Numbered from the whole stretch's first letter, positions 10,526-21,930 are shown. The stretch is DNA of 62,864 bases, filler included, from Stramenopiles sp. TOSAG23-2 (GCA_900128395.1; 12 parts of 12 records of this genome joined end to end with filler, not necessarily neighbours in it); one strand, 5' to 3'. The notes: generated by a model from the sequence alone, not told the origin. A program made the numbers and translations.

Positions 10526-11995
10526 GCGAATGATGGCAGTGATACTATTATTGATTCGTCACAAACAGTCAAAACATTAAATGGCCGACAAACGCGTAGA
10601 AGAGCATCTTTGCATTTGCAAAAAACAGACGTTTTGCCAACATCCATTCCCATGCAATCCCATATCAAATATTTAAAAGCAAATAATGGCGAGATAAGTA
10701 AAGGGGGTGATGGCATAAATTTACGAAATAATAATGGTATGAATTCATTTGGGAGGGAAAGGACAAAGTTGGAGCGAAATGAAGCAATTGTAACGAGTCG
10801 TATTGCTAATGTAATTGACGATAAAATGAATCGTTTAAAACAAGTATATGATGATTCGTCTGGGAAGAGTGCTTTAACCTATAAAGAATTGCAAGGCGGT
10901 TTTCGTGATTGTGGCATCAATTTAGGCACAGAAGATTTCAACAGGCTCGTCAGTGCAGCCGATAAATCAAATAAAGGATATGTCTCTTTTGATAACATAG
11001 TAAAGGTTGTAGAAAAGGCTGGCCTTGGCGTTCCAAAAGATGTAACATATTTTGCAAATCAACATTACACTAAAACATCAAATAAAGCAATGGCAGCTGG
11101 TCGTCCTTCGAACAAAAATCACAATGTAGTCTATAACGATGATTCACTTAATAACGCAAGTACAAATAATAACACCCCATCTAAAGGCTATTATATGTCA
11201 TCGACATTGTTTCAACACAAAGATTTATACCAAAATGCTGCCCCTACATATGTCACTTCTGTAATGCAACAACCATCCAGCGAATTTCTAGCGAAGAATC
11301 GACGGAAATCGGTATCGCCACCTGGGAGCGCATTAAGACCAAATACATCAGTTGAATTTGGACGAACAACTGGAAATATTTTGTTGGCTGATTCATTGGC
11401 AGGGAAAATACCTTCCGCATACCCACAAGGGCATTTATACGGCCAATCAGGCCATGCTGTTGCGCGAGATGGAAGAAGACAAATGAAACAACCAGATCTA
11501 CTTAGTGAAAAAGAAAGTGGACACCGGTTAAAAGATTTAATATATAATCATGGTGCAACAATAGGCCCACAGGAAACTGATTTGCATTATGGTATGTCAA
11601 AACGCATGAATGTTTCGTTGCATGGAAAAGATGCAGCTGGAACAAGAACCGTAGATTCAAGAGCTTTACGAAGACGCGTTGCGCCTGATACCAATGTACA
11701 CGGTAGTGAAGGTGTTAGTGAAAGTTTTAATCCTAGCAAAAGTAGTAGTAGTAGAAGAAGAAAAGAACAGGGTAAACAACGTCGTAGTGGCAAGAAACGT
11801 ATTGGTCAAAAAAATATCAGTCAGTTCCATCATAATCGAGCAACTCCAGTAAATTATCATACATACAATATGTATAACAAAGTATCGTCATCTAGGCGCA
11901 AAAATGTCACACCACGCAGCAATAATAATAATAGTGCTAATAATAATAGAACGACTAAAATTATTCATTTTAGCACACCACCTCCATCGTCGTAA
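10526..11995 (+). CDS. EF-hand-pair protein with a long disordered basic tail, 5'-truncated
   Basis: Frame open from the contig start; LKQVYDDSSGKSALTYKELQGGF...FNRLVSAADKSNKGYVSFDNI resembles a degenerate EF-hand pair. Confidence 0.65.
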   Translation, partial: ANDGSDTIIDSSQTVKTLNGRQTRRRASLHLQKTDVLPTSIPMQSHIKYLKANNGEISKGGDGINLRNNNGMNSFGRERTKLERNEAIVTSRIANVIDDKMNRLKQVYDDSSGKSALTYKELQGGFRDCGINLGTEDFNRLVSAADKSNKGYVSFDNIVKVVEKAGLGVPKDVTYFANQHYTKTSNKAMAAGRPSNKNHNVVYNDDSLNNASTNNNTPSKGYYMSSTLFQHKDLYQNAAPTYVTSVMQQPSSEFLAKNRRKSVSPPGSALRPNTSVEFGRTTGNILLADSLAGKIPSAYPQGHLYGQSGHAVARDGRRQMKQPDLLSEKESGHRLKDLIYNHGATIGPQETDLHYGMSKRMNVSLHGKDAAGTRTVDSRALRRRVAPDTNVHGSEGVSESFNPSKSSSSRRRKEQGKQRRSGKKRIGQKNISQFHHNRATPVNYHTYNMYNKVSSSRRKNVTPRSNNNNSANNNRTTKIIHFSTPPPSS

Positions 11996-12455
11996 AATTT
12001 TAAGAGAAGAACAGAAGTTTCCTTTTGTTTTTCGCAGTTCTTCGAAATCTTTTGGTTTTTGAGTTTTTGAGTTTTTGTATTTTTTATTATTTTTTATTCG
12101 CCTCTGTATTTTACATTTTACACTGAATAATATTATATAATACATGTATAACTTATTGCCCTGTAATACTCGTATATGATGCCCGGATCCTTAAATTATT
12201 AATATGGATTTCCAATGCTATGAACGTGCTATTATTCTCATTTCTTTATTATTAGATTTATTGAATTTATTATTAATTTAATTAATAAATAATTCATTTC
12301 GTCGAAACTAATCATCCTATAAAATTATAGATATGTATAAGAATATATAGGATGGCAGTTTTGGGACAGGAAGAATATATCTATATACATATACAACTGT
12401 AGCAAAAGAAACGCGGAGAAATAGAGAGAAGAGCGATTAAATAATATACACAAAT

Positions 12456-13469
12456 ATGTCGCAGCCTGGTCCAGGAAAAATTATTTATTTATTATGTAGA
12501 ATGTTATGCAAAGCTAATTGTAACGCAAAAATAGTTGCCGCTTCTATTGCATTTCAACCACCAAAACCACCATTTTATGATATTAATATTGTTAAAACAA
12601 AGGAGGGTCAGAATGAAGCGTTGCTTGATAATGAATATCAAGTAGAACTACGTGAGGATATTCATCAATTAGTAAACCCAATAATGAAATCTGGTTCAAT
12701 TAGACGTGAAGTCCATATAGTGAAATCCAAACGTGGTACAATACCTCTATTTATATTTAAAGTTAAAAAACCGAAAGCAACCATCTTTTATTCCCACGGG
12801 AATGCAACAGATTTGGGTGCCATGACACCCAGGTTTTTAGAAATGTGTCAAAATTTAAGTGTCGATGTGTGCGGGTACGATTACTCAGGTTATGGATCAA
12901 GTCAAGGGGCACAAGCCACTGAACAGCAAGTTTATTATGATGCCAAAGCAGCATTTGAATATTTAGTCAATGAATGTAATGTACCAGCTTCTCAAATTAT
13001 ATTGTATGGACAAAGTGTTGGTTCAGGGCCAAGTGTATATTTAGCAACGATCTACCAATGCCTTGGGCTTGTCTTACATGCTGGCTTGTTATCTGGCTTG
13101 AGAGTTTTGACACCAAACCGTTGCTGCCTCTGTTGTTGCGATATTTTTCCAAACGTTGATCGTATGCCAAAAGTTAAATGCCCTACATTTATAATTCATG
13201 GAATAGAGGATGCACAAATACATGTATCTCATGGGATGGGACTGTATGAAAAAACACCTGATAAATATAAAGTGGATCCATGGTTTGTTGAAGGTGCTGA
13301 TCATAATAATGTTGTATATACAAATTTTCGTCCATATTTTTTTAAAATGAAACAATTTATTGATAACCTGACAAGTGAGAATGTGAATAAACGCAAAAAT
13401 GATATTGATGGTATAGGAGGTTTGCATACAGGGAGTGTTGTCCCAGAAACAGGCAATACAAAAGTGTAA
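12456..13469 (+). CDS. ABHD17: ABHD17-like alpha/beta hydrolase (protein depalmitoylase)
   Basis: N-terminal Cys residues, IAFQPP, YSHGNATDLG, YDYSGYG, nucleophile GQSVG, IIHGIEDAQI (Asp), GADHNN (His). Confidence 0.88.
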   Translation: MSQPGPGKIIYLLCRMLCKANCNAKIVAASIAFQPPKPPFYDINIVKTKEGQNEALLDNEYQVELREDIHQLVNPIMKSGSIRREVHIVKSKRGTIPLFIFKVKKPKATIFYSHGNATDLGAMTPRFLEMCQNLSVDVCGYDYSGYGSSQGAQATEQQVYYDAKAAFEYLVNECNVPASQIILYGQSVGSGPSVYLATIYQCLGLVLHAGLLSGLRVLTPNRCCLCCCDIFPNVDRMPKVKCPTFIIHGIEDAQIHVSHGMGLYEKTPDKYKVDPWFVEGADHNNVVYTNFRPYFFKMKQFIDNLTSENVNKRKNDIDGIGGLHTGSVVPETGNTKV

Positions 13470-13810
13470 AAAAAGTTTTTTGTTGTCTTCTTTAAAAATT
13501 GATAATGCAATATCTTCTTATTTTTCAGCAACAACAAAAAAATACGGTGTACGAGTGTACGAAGTGTACCTGATTCTCGTAGCGAGATCAAAGTATGCAC
13601 ATATTTATTTTTTTTTTAGAGTGTACTCTGCTGGTTTCGTATCAATTTTTTACACTTTTGTTTTTGCGCGCGCTCTTTTTTTTTTATTTCCCCCTTTTTC
13701 TAAATTTTTTTGTATGATACGAGGTGTAATAAATATCTCTCGACTCTTCTTTTCTCCCGTCGCAATCTCTCTCTCTCTCTCTATGTGTTCAGCTCTCTTT
13801 AAATATATTT

Positions 13811-14656
13811 TTACGTTAACTGAAATCCTTCTGTATTATCAATGGCATATAATAATTTTTCTCTAAGTATTTTCGGTGACTGATAAGCTGGTAATACAAT
13901 TTGATTGAAACACGTATGTGCTCTTGGTAAAGCTGTGTTCGGCTCGCCTTCAGCATTTGTTAATGTAAAAGGTGGATCATACGTGTCTAATGGGTATTGG
14001 CTTGTACCGGTAATATATTTTAATACAGTTCGACGTTCCGTCGCATCTAGTTTATCCATAACTTGCCAAAAATAATGTGAAACTGCACTTGCTTTTGTAA
14101 TTCCACCAGTATATTGCGTATTAGCCTTGAGGCCTTCCATGTCAATATCCGCACGACCATTTAATAACAATGCTAATTCTAGAGGTTTTAAAGTTGCAGC
14201 AGCTGCGGGCGGAATCAGACTATGAAAACCTCGTGATAATGCATCTAATTGCTCTGATACAGAACCATGTAATTTCCATTTAGCAATTGCTTCAACATAT
14301 TTCCTTTTATTACTTTCTGTAACATCAATTTTTTTCCCACCAGGTATCAATTCTATAACCTCTTTGGACCCGAAATTATCTTGTATTACGGTAAAGTTCT
14401 CGTAGATAATATCATCTATATTATTATTTAACATCCAACTTAGTCCGATAAAATATTGTGGATCTAACTCCCCTAAGTCTTCCAAAACGAGTGGTTTCCC
14501 ACATAAATGTCGCAAAATACTAATGCTTAATCTTGCATCCACCATGTGACGTTCGAAAATTGCTTTTGCTAGTATTTTGCCAAAAAATTCAAAATAGTTC
14601 AAGTGCTCTTCATTAGCAATCGATGATCTTGGGTCAATATGGTAGCAATGAGACAT
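13811..14656 (-). CDS. HECT-domain E3 ubiquitin ligase catalytic region, N-terminally incomplete
   Basis: HLNYFEFFGKILAKAI, ELIPGGKKIDVTESNK, FWQVM, YITGTS, catalytic LPRAHTCFNQIVLP, terminal EGFQLT. Confidence 0.85.
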   Translation of the reverse strand: MSHCYHIDPRSSIANEEHLNYFEFFGKILAKAIFERHMVDARLSISILRHLCGKPLVLEDLGELDPQYFIGLSWMLNNNIDDIIYENFTVIQDNFGSKEVIELIPGGKKIDVTESNKRKYVEAIAKWKLHGSVSEQLDALSRGFHSLIPPAAAATLKPLELALLLNGRADIDMEGLKANTQYTGGITKASAVSHYFWQVMDKLDATERRTVLKYITGTSQYPLDTYDPPFTLTNAEGEPNTALPRAHTCFNQIVLPAYQSPKILREKLLYAIDNTEGFQLT

Positions 14657-15192
14657 TGTAATTATTCTTATTAAGCCATTCTTTAATCTTCCTCATTTTT
14701 TTTTAACTAAAAAGAAAAACAGAAACTAAATTTTCCAACCAAAGTGTATATATATATATATATATATATCTTCGTTTGTATAATGTTTTGTTTTTTGTTG
14801 GAAAATGTGTATAATACATGTATATCCTGTGTGATAGACGATTCAAATTAAAATATATATGTTTTCAATCAATTTTTTTGGCCAATCAAATTGATCCCAC
14901 AATAATATGATGTCCCGTGCTCCCCTGCTAATTAACTAATAGTGCACTAATGCTGTGTGCTTGCTATTTGGGATGATTTTTATTCTACAATAGGCATAGT
15001 ATTATAGGTTTACAATAAGTGCTATAAATATAAATGATATCCCATCACTAACACACAAGTTTTCAGGTTTTAAAGCACTTGGCCAACCTTTTCTACCACC
15101 CCTACCATTAATTTTTATCAAACATTCCCTTAGTCCGGGTTGTATAAGAAAAATCCCACCAGAAGTAATTTTCAATGCACATTCATGGATAA

Positions 15193-15477
15193 ATACTTGC
15201 GCTTGCAGATGCATTAAAACACAATGTAACAACGTTAGAATATTTAGATTTATCGAATAATTTAATCGGTGATGTTGGAGCATTGGCATTGGGAGAAGCA
15301 TTGGAGACATACCCACACATGATTGAATTAGATTTGAGAGGAAACATGATTGGGCAGGTACGAGATGCCAAATTTAGAACCGTCCATATATGCATGGATG
15401 GTAAAGATACTGGTGGAACATGTAAGAATTGGAAAGATAGTGGTGAGAATTATAAAAATTTCAAAGTGTGCTGTTAG
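15193..15477 (+). pseudogene. Isolated ribonuclease-inhibitor-type LRR fragment (orphan exon or pseudogene)
   Basis: ALADALKHNVTTLEYLDLSNNLIGDVGALALGEALETYPHMIELDLRGNMIG after an in-frame TAA at 15190; candidate splice sites CAG (~15208) and GTACGA (~15358). Confidence 0.55.
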
Positions 15478-15682
15478 AGGAGGAAACCAGCAGGGGTGTA
15501 GAAAGTTTAAATCATGTGCGAGAAAGTGTATGCGTGTATTAAAATCTATCTCGCTTAAAAAAATAATAAAATATTTTGGCGTATAAAAAATATATGCCTG
15601 TGCCTGCTGGCCTTCTTGGTGGATTATTTCACGTCGTGGCTTACTGCAATGGAGTATGAGTTACATATACTAATGACAATAT

Positions 15683-15782
15683 NNNNNNNNNNNNNNNNNN
15701 NNNNNNNNNNNNNNNNNNNNNNNNNNTTAATTAATTAANNNNNNNNNNNNNNNNNNNNNNNNNNNNNNNNNNNNNNNNNNNN
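15683..15782. other. Artificial contig linker
   Basis: N44-TTAATTAATTAA-N44. Confidence 0.99.
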
Positions 15783-15970
15783 TTATTATTATTATTACCA
15801 TTACTACCATTCACATCATTATACCCTGTAATCAATACTTTCACATCCTCAAAACGTCCCTTTTCACATGCAACTACTAATGGCGTACCTTTTCGATATT
15901 TTTTTTTGTATTTTTTTATTAATTCCTCATATGATAAATTTTTTGTGTTAAAAAATAAATTGGAAAACAT
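15783..15970 (-). CDS. Ankyrin-repeat protein N-terminus, 3'-truncated
   Basis: YKKKYRKGTPLVVACEKGRFEDVKVLI, similar to TPFVCACEHGRMDDVELFV in the gene at 57871-59070. Confidence 0.7.
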
Positions 15971-16787
15971 TGTTCACTATATGTTATATAATAATAATAA
16001 TTTATCTTAGAATGTTTGATACAAATATATTATTTTAACTTTCTTTATTATATTGTTTAATCACTTCTACCATGTGTATCAATCATTCATTCATTATGTA
16101 TATATATATATGTGTGATTATTCATAAATTTTATGTTATTTAATGTCATATCTATAGGGATAATTACATGGCATTATTTATGCCGCTTGATTAAATTGTG
16201 TAGTATTGTAAGTATAAAAACAAGATTTTAAAACTCAAATTGCTTAAATCATGTCATCTAATTATCTCGATAGGTTTGATAGATACTTCCGAGGAGATGA
16301 AAAAAATGTTGGTCCATTATGGAATACCGACAACTACAACCACCAGTGATTTTTTTTGTACTCAACACTCAACACACACCAGAAAGAATATGTAATAAAT
16401 ATATGAACAATATATGCATATGTCATATGTCATTATAAAATGTGATTTCATAAGGATGGAAACACGGACACACGGACTGCAATATTTCAATAAATTTTGC
16501 ACAACCACCAACCACAGCACAGCAAATTATATAAACTTAATATTATACACATTTTAATACTCCTGATCTCCTGATATGCACCGATGACTCTCTTCGTATA
16601 CGCTCCAAGACTCTATCTCGTGAATAATACTCGTAATCAATCCTATACTATAGTAAAAAGCTCTAATGCACGTCCCCAAACTAATACTCTACAAGCACGA
16701 GTAGGTTTCTATCCTTCCAAGCGGTGAGGCCTTCTCTGTTTTTACTGTATTTACATCTTCAATCAATCAAATGCTTTTGTCTTCACA

Positions 16788-18050
16788 CTACTTTTTTGTC
16801 TTGATACATCCTGTGAGCACAGCAGATGCACTAAATCGTGCAATAATAAATGCCAAAAAAACAGATACAACGGGGAACATATGCAATGGCAATGTATAAT
16901 AATCTTTTGGATGTGCTAAACTATATGCTTGTCTTGCAGCCCATATCAAAATGAGGACAGACACAGATGCAATAATAGCAGCAATGAACGCAAGTGCAAC
17001 TACATGTACATTATTACTATCATTATTATTCCTTTTCTGCTCTTTGATAGCATAGCTAGTAGCTGCACAAACTACAGCTGGCATAAGAAAAATAGCGAAT
17101 GGCCACCAGTGAGCAGATGCAATTAAAAGTAAAGACGCCGCAAAAATTCGATGGAAATATCGAAAGTTTTTTTTAACACACGGTTGATATCGAAATAATG
17201 CATGACTTGATTGGATTAAAAGCAAAAAAAATGTTACAAAGCCAAATATATAAAGCAATGAGTCGCTGCTGCCGCTACTTATTGTTGTTGGGATTAATAC
17301 ATTGAGCATGCCTTGTGATGTTAAATATACCAACTCACCAATAGCATGGATGGAACCCCAAAAAAGTGTCGACCATGCAGCACGTACGTGACATGCCTTA
17401 AAAGTGGAAGGTGTAATACCAAGGAGTAGCGAAAGCAAAGGCGCACTTGCAGATGGAATCGTTACAAATGTAAGATGCCAACTCAATGGAAACGCAGCAG
17501 CAATTGTCACAGCAAGGAGATGATGCCATATATCTGTTTGGTAAAATGGTGAACTCGCATAATATAACAAAGGCACGAGAAACCATAAACTTGAAGCACT
17601 GTACCATAGTATTGAGAAAATAGCAACTTTTTTCTTTTGTTGAATTTCTTGTCGTCTCTCATCCTCCTCCTCATTATTATCATGATCCCTCTTGTCAATT
17701 TCGATGCTATTTAATAATGGTCTTTCCATTTTCTGTAAATCTGATGGTGTACAAAAATAAGTGGCTATTGCAGCCAAAAACAATGGTATAATTAAAGAAG
17801 ATAGTACAATCGCAGCAAATGGTGTAAATCCCATCCACCCTGGACTGAAATAATACGGTGCATTGCAATCATTTTTAGTTTCATTCTGTAGATAACAAGG
17901 AGGAATAAACTGATTGGTCAATCCACCCACACCGCCAACACCACCGACTTCATCACCTAGTGTATATAATGCATTTCTTAATGGCTCATATAAAATACTA
18001 ACAAGTGCAAGTGAAAATACACCATATGCAAAAGTTGGTATCACTGGCAT
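16788..18050 (-). CDS. Multi-pass membrane protein with a ferric-reductase-like bis-heme transmembrane domain, lacking FAD/NADPH domains
   Basis: About 10 hydrophobic segments; two His pairs 14 residues apart (ACHVRAAWSTLFWGSIH and YFHRIFAASLLLIASAH). Confidence 0.65.
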   Translation of the reverse strand: MPVIPTFAYGVFSLALVSILYEPLRNALYTLGDEVGGVGGVGGLTNQFIPPCYLQNETKNDCNAPYYFSPGWMGFTPFAAIVLSSLIIPLFLAAIATYFCTPSDLQKMERPLLNSIEIDKRDHDNNEEEDERRQEIQQKKKVAIFSILWYSASSLWFLVPLLYYASSPFYQTDIWHHLLAVTIAAAFPLSWHLTFVTIPSASAPLLSLLLGITPSTFKACHVRAAWSTLFWGSIHAIGELVYLTSQGMLNVLIPTTISSGSSDSLLYIFGFVTFFLLLIQSSHALFRYQPCVKKNFRYFHRIFAASLLLIASAHWWPFAIFLMPAVVCAATSYAIKEQKRNNNDSNNVHVVALAFIAAIIASVSVLILIWAARQAYSLAHPKDYYTLPLHMFPVVSVFLAFIIARFSASAVLTGCIKTKK

Positions 18051-18628
18051 TCTGTATGTGCAGTAATATTGTACACTATATATAACATATATATATATAT
18101 GAATGAATTCTAATGATGTGTTTTTTCATCATATATATATATATAGAGAGAGAGAGCCGGGAGGGTAAATTTGATGATATAAACTATTATACTGTATTAT
18201 ATTATAAACAAATCTTTTTATCTCGCTGCACCACTCCGGCGGCTTTTTTTTCTCGGCATCACTAGAAAATAATTTAAGGAAATAACCGATATAATTTACT
18301 ATTGATGACCGTCATTGATACTATTAAATATTCCTTAATTTACTTAATTTAGTCCATTTAGCTTCTTTCCTCTGGCAAGCCAGGCAAGCGCAGAGAAGTC
18401 CTTCCCGAGCGAGAGCTTTGAGAATTATTCCAGCTTGCCTTTTAATGTAGGGCTTGCTGGAAAGACTCTCTGTGGTCAAATTGGGCACCTTTCCCCTTTT
18501 CCTAGTTCATCACCATGTCTCCCACCATATATATATACGAACTCGCCTCACTCGTATAAATTATTCTGCTGTGAGTTTTTTTTATATATATATTTTACTA
18601 CTTCTTCGTAATATATATATATAAATAT

Positions 18629-18946
18629 TTTAAAAATCAAATGCAGCTGCAATTAAACGTTTACTACGTTTTGGACTGCAACAGATCCAACCAGTCGTAC
18701 GAATATCTTTTAAATCTTCATGATCAACATCCAATTCTCTCCAATCATGGAATTGATTGACCATGTCAAAATTAAATTCTTCCTTTGTTTAAAAATCAAA
18801 TGCAGCTGCAATTAAACGTTTACTACGTTTTGGACTGCAACAGATCCAACCAGTCGTACGAATATCTTTTAAATCTTCATGATCAACATCCAATTCTCTC
18901 CAATCATGGAATTGATTGACCATGTCAAAATTAAATTCTTCCTTTG
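18629..18946. repeat. Exact 159-bp tandem duplication of the 3' end of the ankyrin gene
   Basis: 18629-18787 is identical to 18788-18946. Confidence 0.95.
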
Positions 18947-20366
18947 CAATCGCATTCGCCGTTTTTCCACCATTCACATGGTTTGTACCATGTAAATGTT
19001 CAAATCCAAATGGTTTGATTTCACCGGCATCATCACGTATCAATCTACCATCCCCATCATCACGTTCTGTATGTGAATATTCCAATCGTGGATATGTACG
19101 ACGTTTAATTGCATTGTAATATTTCCTATCACCATTTTGATTTTTTTCCACCCATTGCATTATACGTTCCACAACATTTTTCGCACCTTTATCTGCCGTT
19201 TGTGCAGCAATATGCAAAGGTGTTTCCCCAAAATCATTTTCAACAAATGGATCTCTTCCATCTAAATAATTTAATAATATACCAAATGTATCTGCATCAC
19301 CATTAGCAGCTGCCATATGCAATGCGGTATAACCATCAAATGTTGGATTGTTCCAACAAATCATATCTTTCGTACTTTCAACACATTTAATATATTCACC
19401 TTTGCTACGTTCAAATGCTAATTTATGAATATTCTCTCTCATTTTTTGTGTCACACGTATAGAATTGTCTTCATTATTGTATTCGTTTTCAATACGACGC
19501 ATCATTTTACCAATATTAGTTGAAAAATGTTGTGTTGCATAAAATAAATCTTGTCCGAGAACATACATACATGCTTCTTTCATGTTTTCAATCGAAGTAC
19601 AACGTTTTGCTAAATTTTTGCATTTTTTCGCAATATTTTCTGATATCATACCATCTGCTTTGACAACGGCTTTTATATCTGTTTTTACATCAAATGCTTC
19701 GATACAATTTGCTTTAAATTCTTCCGCATCTTCTTTTCCAAGTGCACCTAATAATGGCAAATCAGCGAAAAATGTTTCTTCACGTATCTGTGCAAATAAT
19801 TGATGTTCCACACGATGAATATGTTGTATATCCATACGGATAAAATATCCCCATGCAATTTCATTTAATTCCATATTTTCGTCCTCCGTATGTGCATCAC
19901 TTTCATCCAATTCATCATTATCAGAATTGAAGAAAAAAAAATGTTCATGCAAATGTTCTTTAAATGCCGTTGAATCTTTACCAAGTTTATGAATTTCATG
20001 ATCTGCCATATTATCATCGTCTTCATTTTGATTATCACTTTTCTCGTCCTTGTTGCTATTATTATTATTATTATTTGTTGTTGTTTCTTGTTCAGTATCA
20101 TCCTCATCATCGTTTTTCACATCGTTGTTACTTGCTTTTCTACGCAATTTAGATGCAAATAAACTTGCTTTTGCAACTGCTTTGAATTCCAATGCTTCCT
20201 CCTTTAACATTTCTTCCTCCATTGGATGGCCACCATTATCTTTAATCCATTTATGCAATAATGTTAATACTTCATAATTGCTTCTATCAATTAAAATTTT
20301 ATATGCTTGTGATAATGTAATTTTATGATGTGGATTAATTTTTGAATTACGTACATGATGTTGCAT
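18789..20366 (-). CDS. Ankyrin-repeat protein
   Basis: GYTALHMAAANGDADTFGILL and NDFGETPLHIAAQ; C-terminal WICC. Confidence 0.8.
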   Translation of the reverse strand: MQHHVRNSKINPHHKITLSQAYKILIDRSNYEVLTLLHKWIKDNGGHPMEEEMLKEEALEFKAVAKASLFASKLRRKASNNDVKNDDEDDTEQETTTNNNNNNSNKDEKSDNQNEDDDNMADHEIHKLGKDSTAFKEHLHEHFFFFNSDNDELDESDAHTEDENMELNEIAWGYFIRMDIQHIHRVEHQLFAQIREETFFADLPLLGALGKEDAEEFKANCIEAFDVKTDIKAVVKADGMISENIAKKCKNLAKRCTSIENMKEACMYVLGQDLFYATQHFSTNIGKMMRRIENEYNNEDNSIRVTQKMRENIHKLAFERSKGEYIKCVESTKDMICWNNPTFDGYTALHMAAANGDADTFGILLNYLDGRDPFVENDFGETPLHIAAQTADKGAKNVVERIMQWVEKNQNGDRKYYNAIKRRTYPRLEYSHTERDDGDGRLIRDDAGEIKPFGFEHLHGTNHVNGGKTANAIAKEEFNFDMVNQFHDWRELDVDHEDLKDIRTTGWICCSPKRSKRLIAAAFDF

Positions 20367-20935
20367 GGTTGTTTTTTGTTGTTTTTTTTTTGTCCTTTTT
20401 GTCGTATGTTTTATGTTTTGGGGATTATATATGTGTACAAATATTTGTCGTTCTCTTCGGGGATTATATATGTATGTTCTGAATATATATATATATAACT
20501 ATTTGTCGTTCTCTTCGTATATCTGCACGTATATATTCCTATTATATAAAGAAAAAAGTGTTTTTTTTTTACTTCTTTAAATAAAATAATATGAGCAAAA
20601 ATGATGATCAATTATTAAAATAACGATGAGCAAACAAATGATGTGTTTTTGTTGTGTTTGAACGGAAGCTAAAACCTGAACGTACACACTCACAAAAGAT
20701 AATAAAGTCTTAAGACACACACGTATGCGATACTACTGCTACTACTAAGAAAGAACGTGTACATATGGAAATTATAACACACATGTGTACAAATTCGTAT
20801 GATTATTTTTGTCATACTTCTAGATTAAATCCAATTCGACAAAAATAAATTTTCTAAATGGAATCTATAGAAATAATTGTTGAAGTATTTAGCATTAAAT
20901 AGCACTATTAATATTTAGTTTTAAATGGAATTTTC

Positions 20936-21035
20936 NNNNNNNNNNNNNNNNNNNNNNNNNNNNNNNNNNNNNNNNNNNNTTAATTAATTAANNNNNNNNN
21001 NNNNNNNNNNNNNNNNNNNNNNNNNNNNNNNNNNN
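20936..21035. other. Artificial contig linker
   Basis: N44-TTAATTAATTAA-N44. Confidence 0.99.
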
Positions 21036-21126
21036 TAGTATCAACGGCAGTGTGTGAACGCAAATTCGATGCGTTCGTTGTTGTTGCAATGAATGCAATG
21101 AAAACTAATAATACGATATATTTCAT
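21036..21126 (-). CDS. 5' end of a probable secreted protein, truncated; not in the ORF track
   Basis: My translation is MKYIVLLVFIAFIATTTNA-SNLRSHTAVDT: a classic signal peptide, open to the contig end. Confidence 0.6.
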
Positions 21127-21930
21127 TTTCTTTGTCTTTCGTTTTTCTTTTATATTATATTATCAAACTGATGCTTTTATTATTAAAAAAAAAAATATTA
21201 TTAAAAATGAATAGAAATTCCAACAAATTTTTTTTGTAAAATGTATAATTTAAAAAAATAAACAATTAATAAATATATATATACGTATATACTATATTCA
21301 ACCTTTGTTTTTGTCTTGGATATATAAATATATATGGAAGACACACAGAAATCAAAGAATTTCTTGTTTTACTATCTGAATGATTCAACACATGTCAAAG
21401 TTGTTTACAAGTTTCATCTACATTCGGTTGTACGAAATTTTTAATAACAAAAAATACAAAATTGTTTTGATGAATTTTTTTTGAATTTTTTTATTATTAA
21501 TGCTATTCTTATGCTAGATAACGCTATTCGCCTACTAACAAATTGATAGGTGTGTTTTTACATATACTAATCATTTAAAGGTTATGTGTATGTTAAATGA
21601 ATATATATGTTATACTTAATTATTTGATCTCCGGATAAACATAAATATTTTATAATTTATATAAAATGAAAAACAACATTTTACGTCTCTCCACTCAAAG
21701 GTAGTCCCCCCCCCCCGTTGCAATGGTATGTCCATGCTAATTCCAATTATTGATGTCGTAGTTATAACCACTCACTATGGGAAAACGTCATTTCTAATGG
21801 TATGTCCATGTTAATTGTTTTTAAGAAATCATCATTTAACACTATACATTATGGGAAAAGGGAGGATCCCCCACTTTTTTTAAAAGCCGCGGATTTATTC
21901 TCCTTCTTTTTTGATTTATTCCTATCAGAT

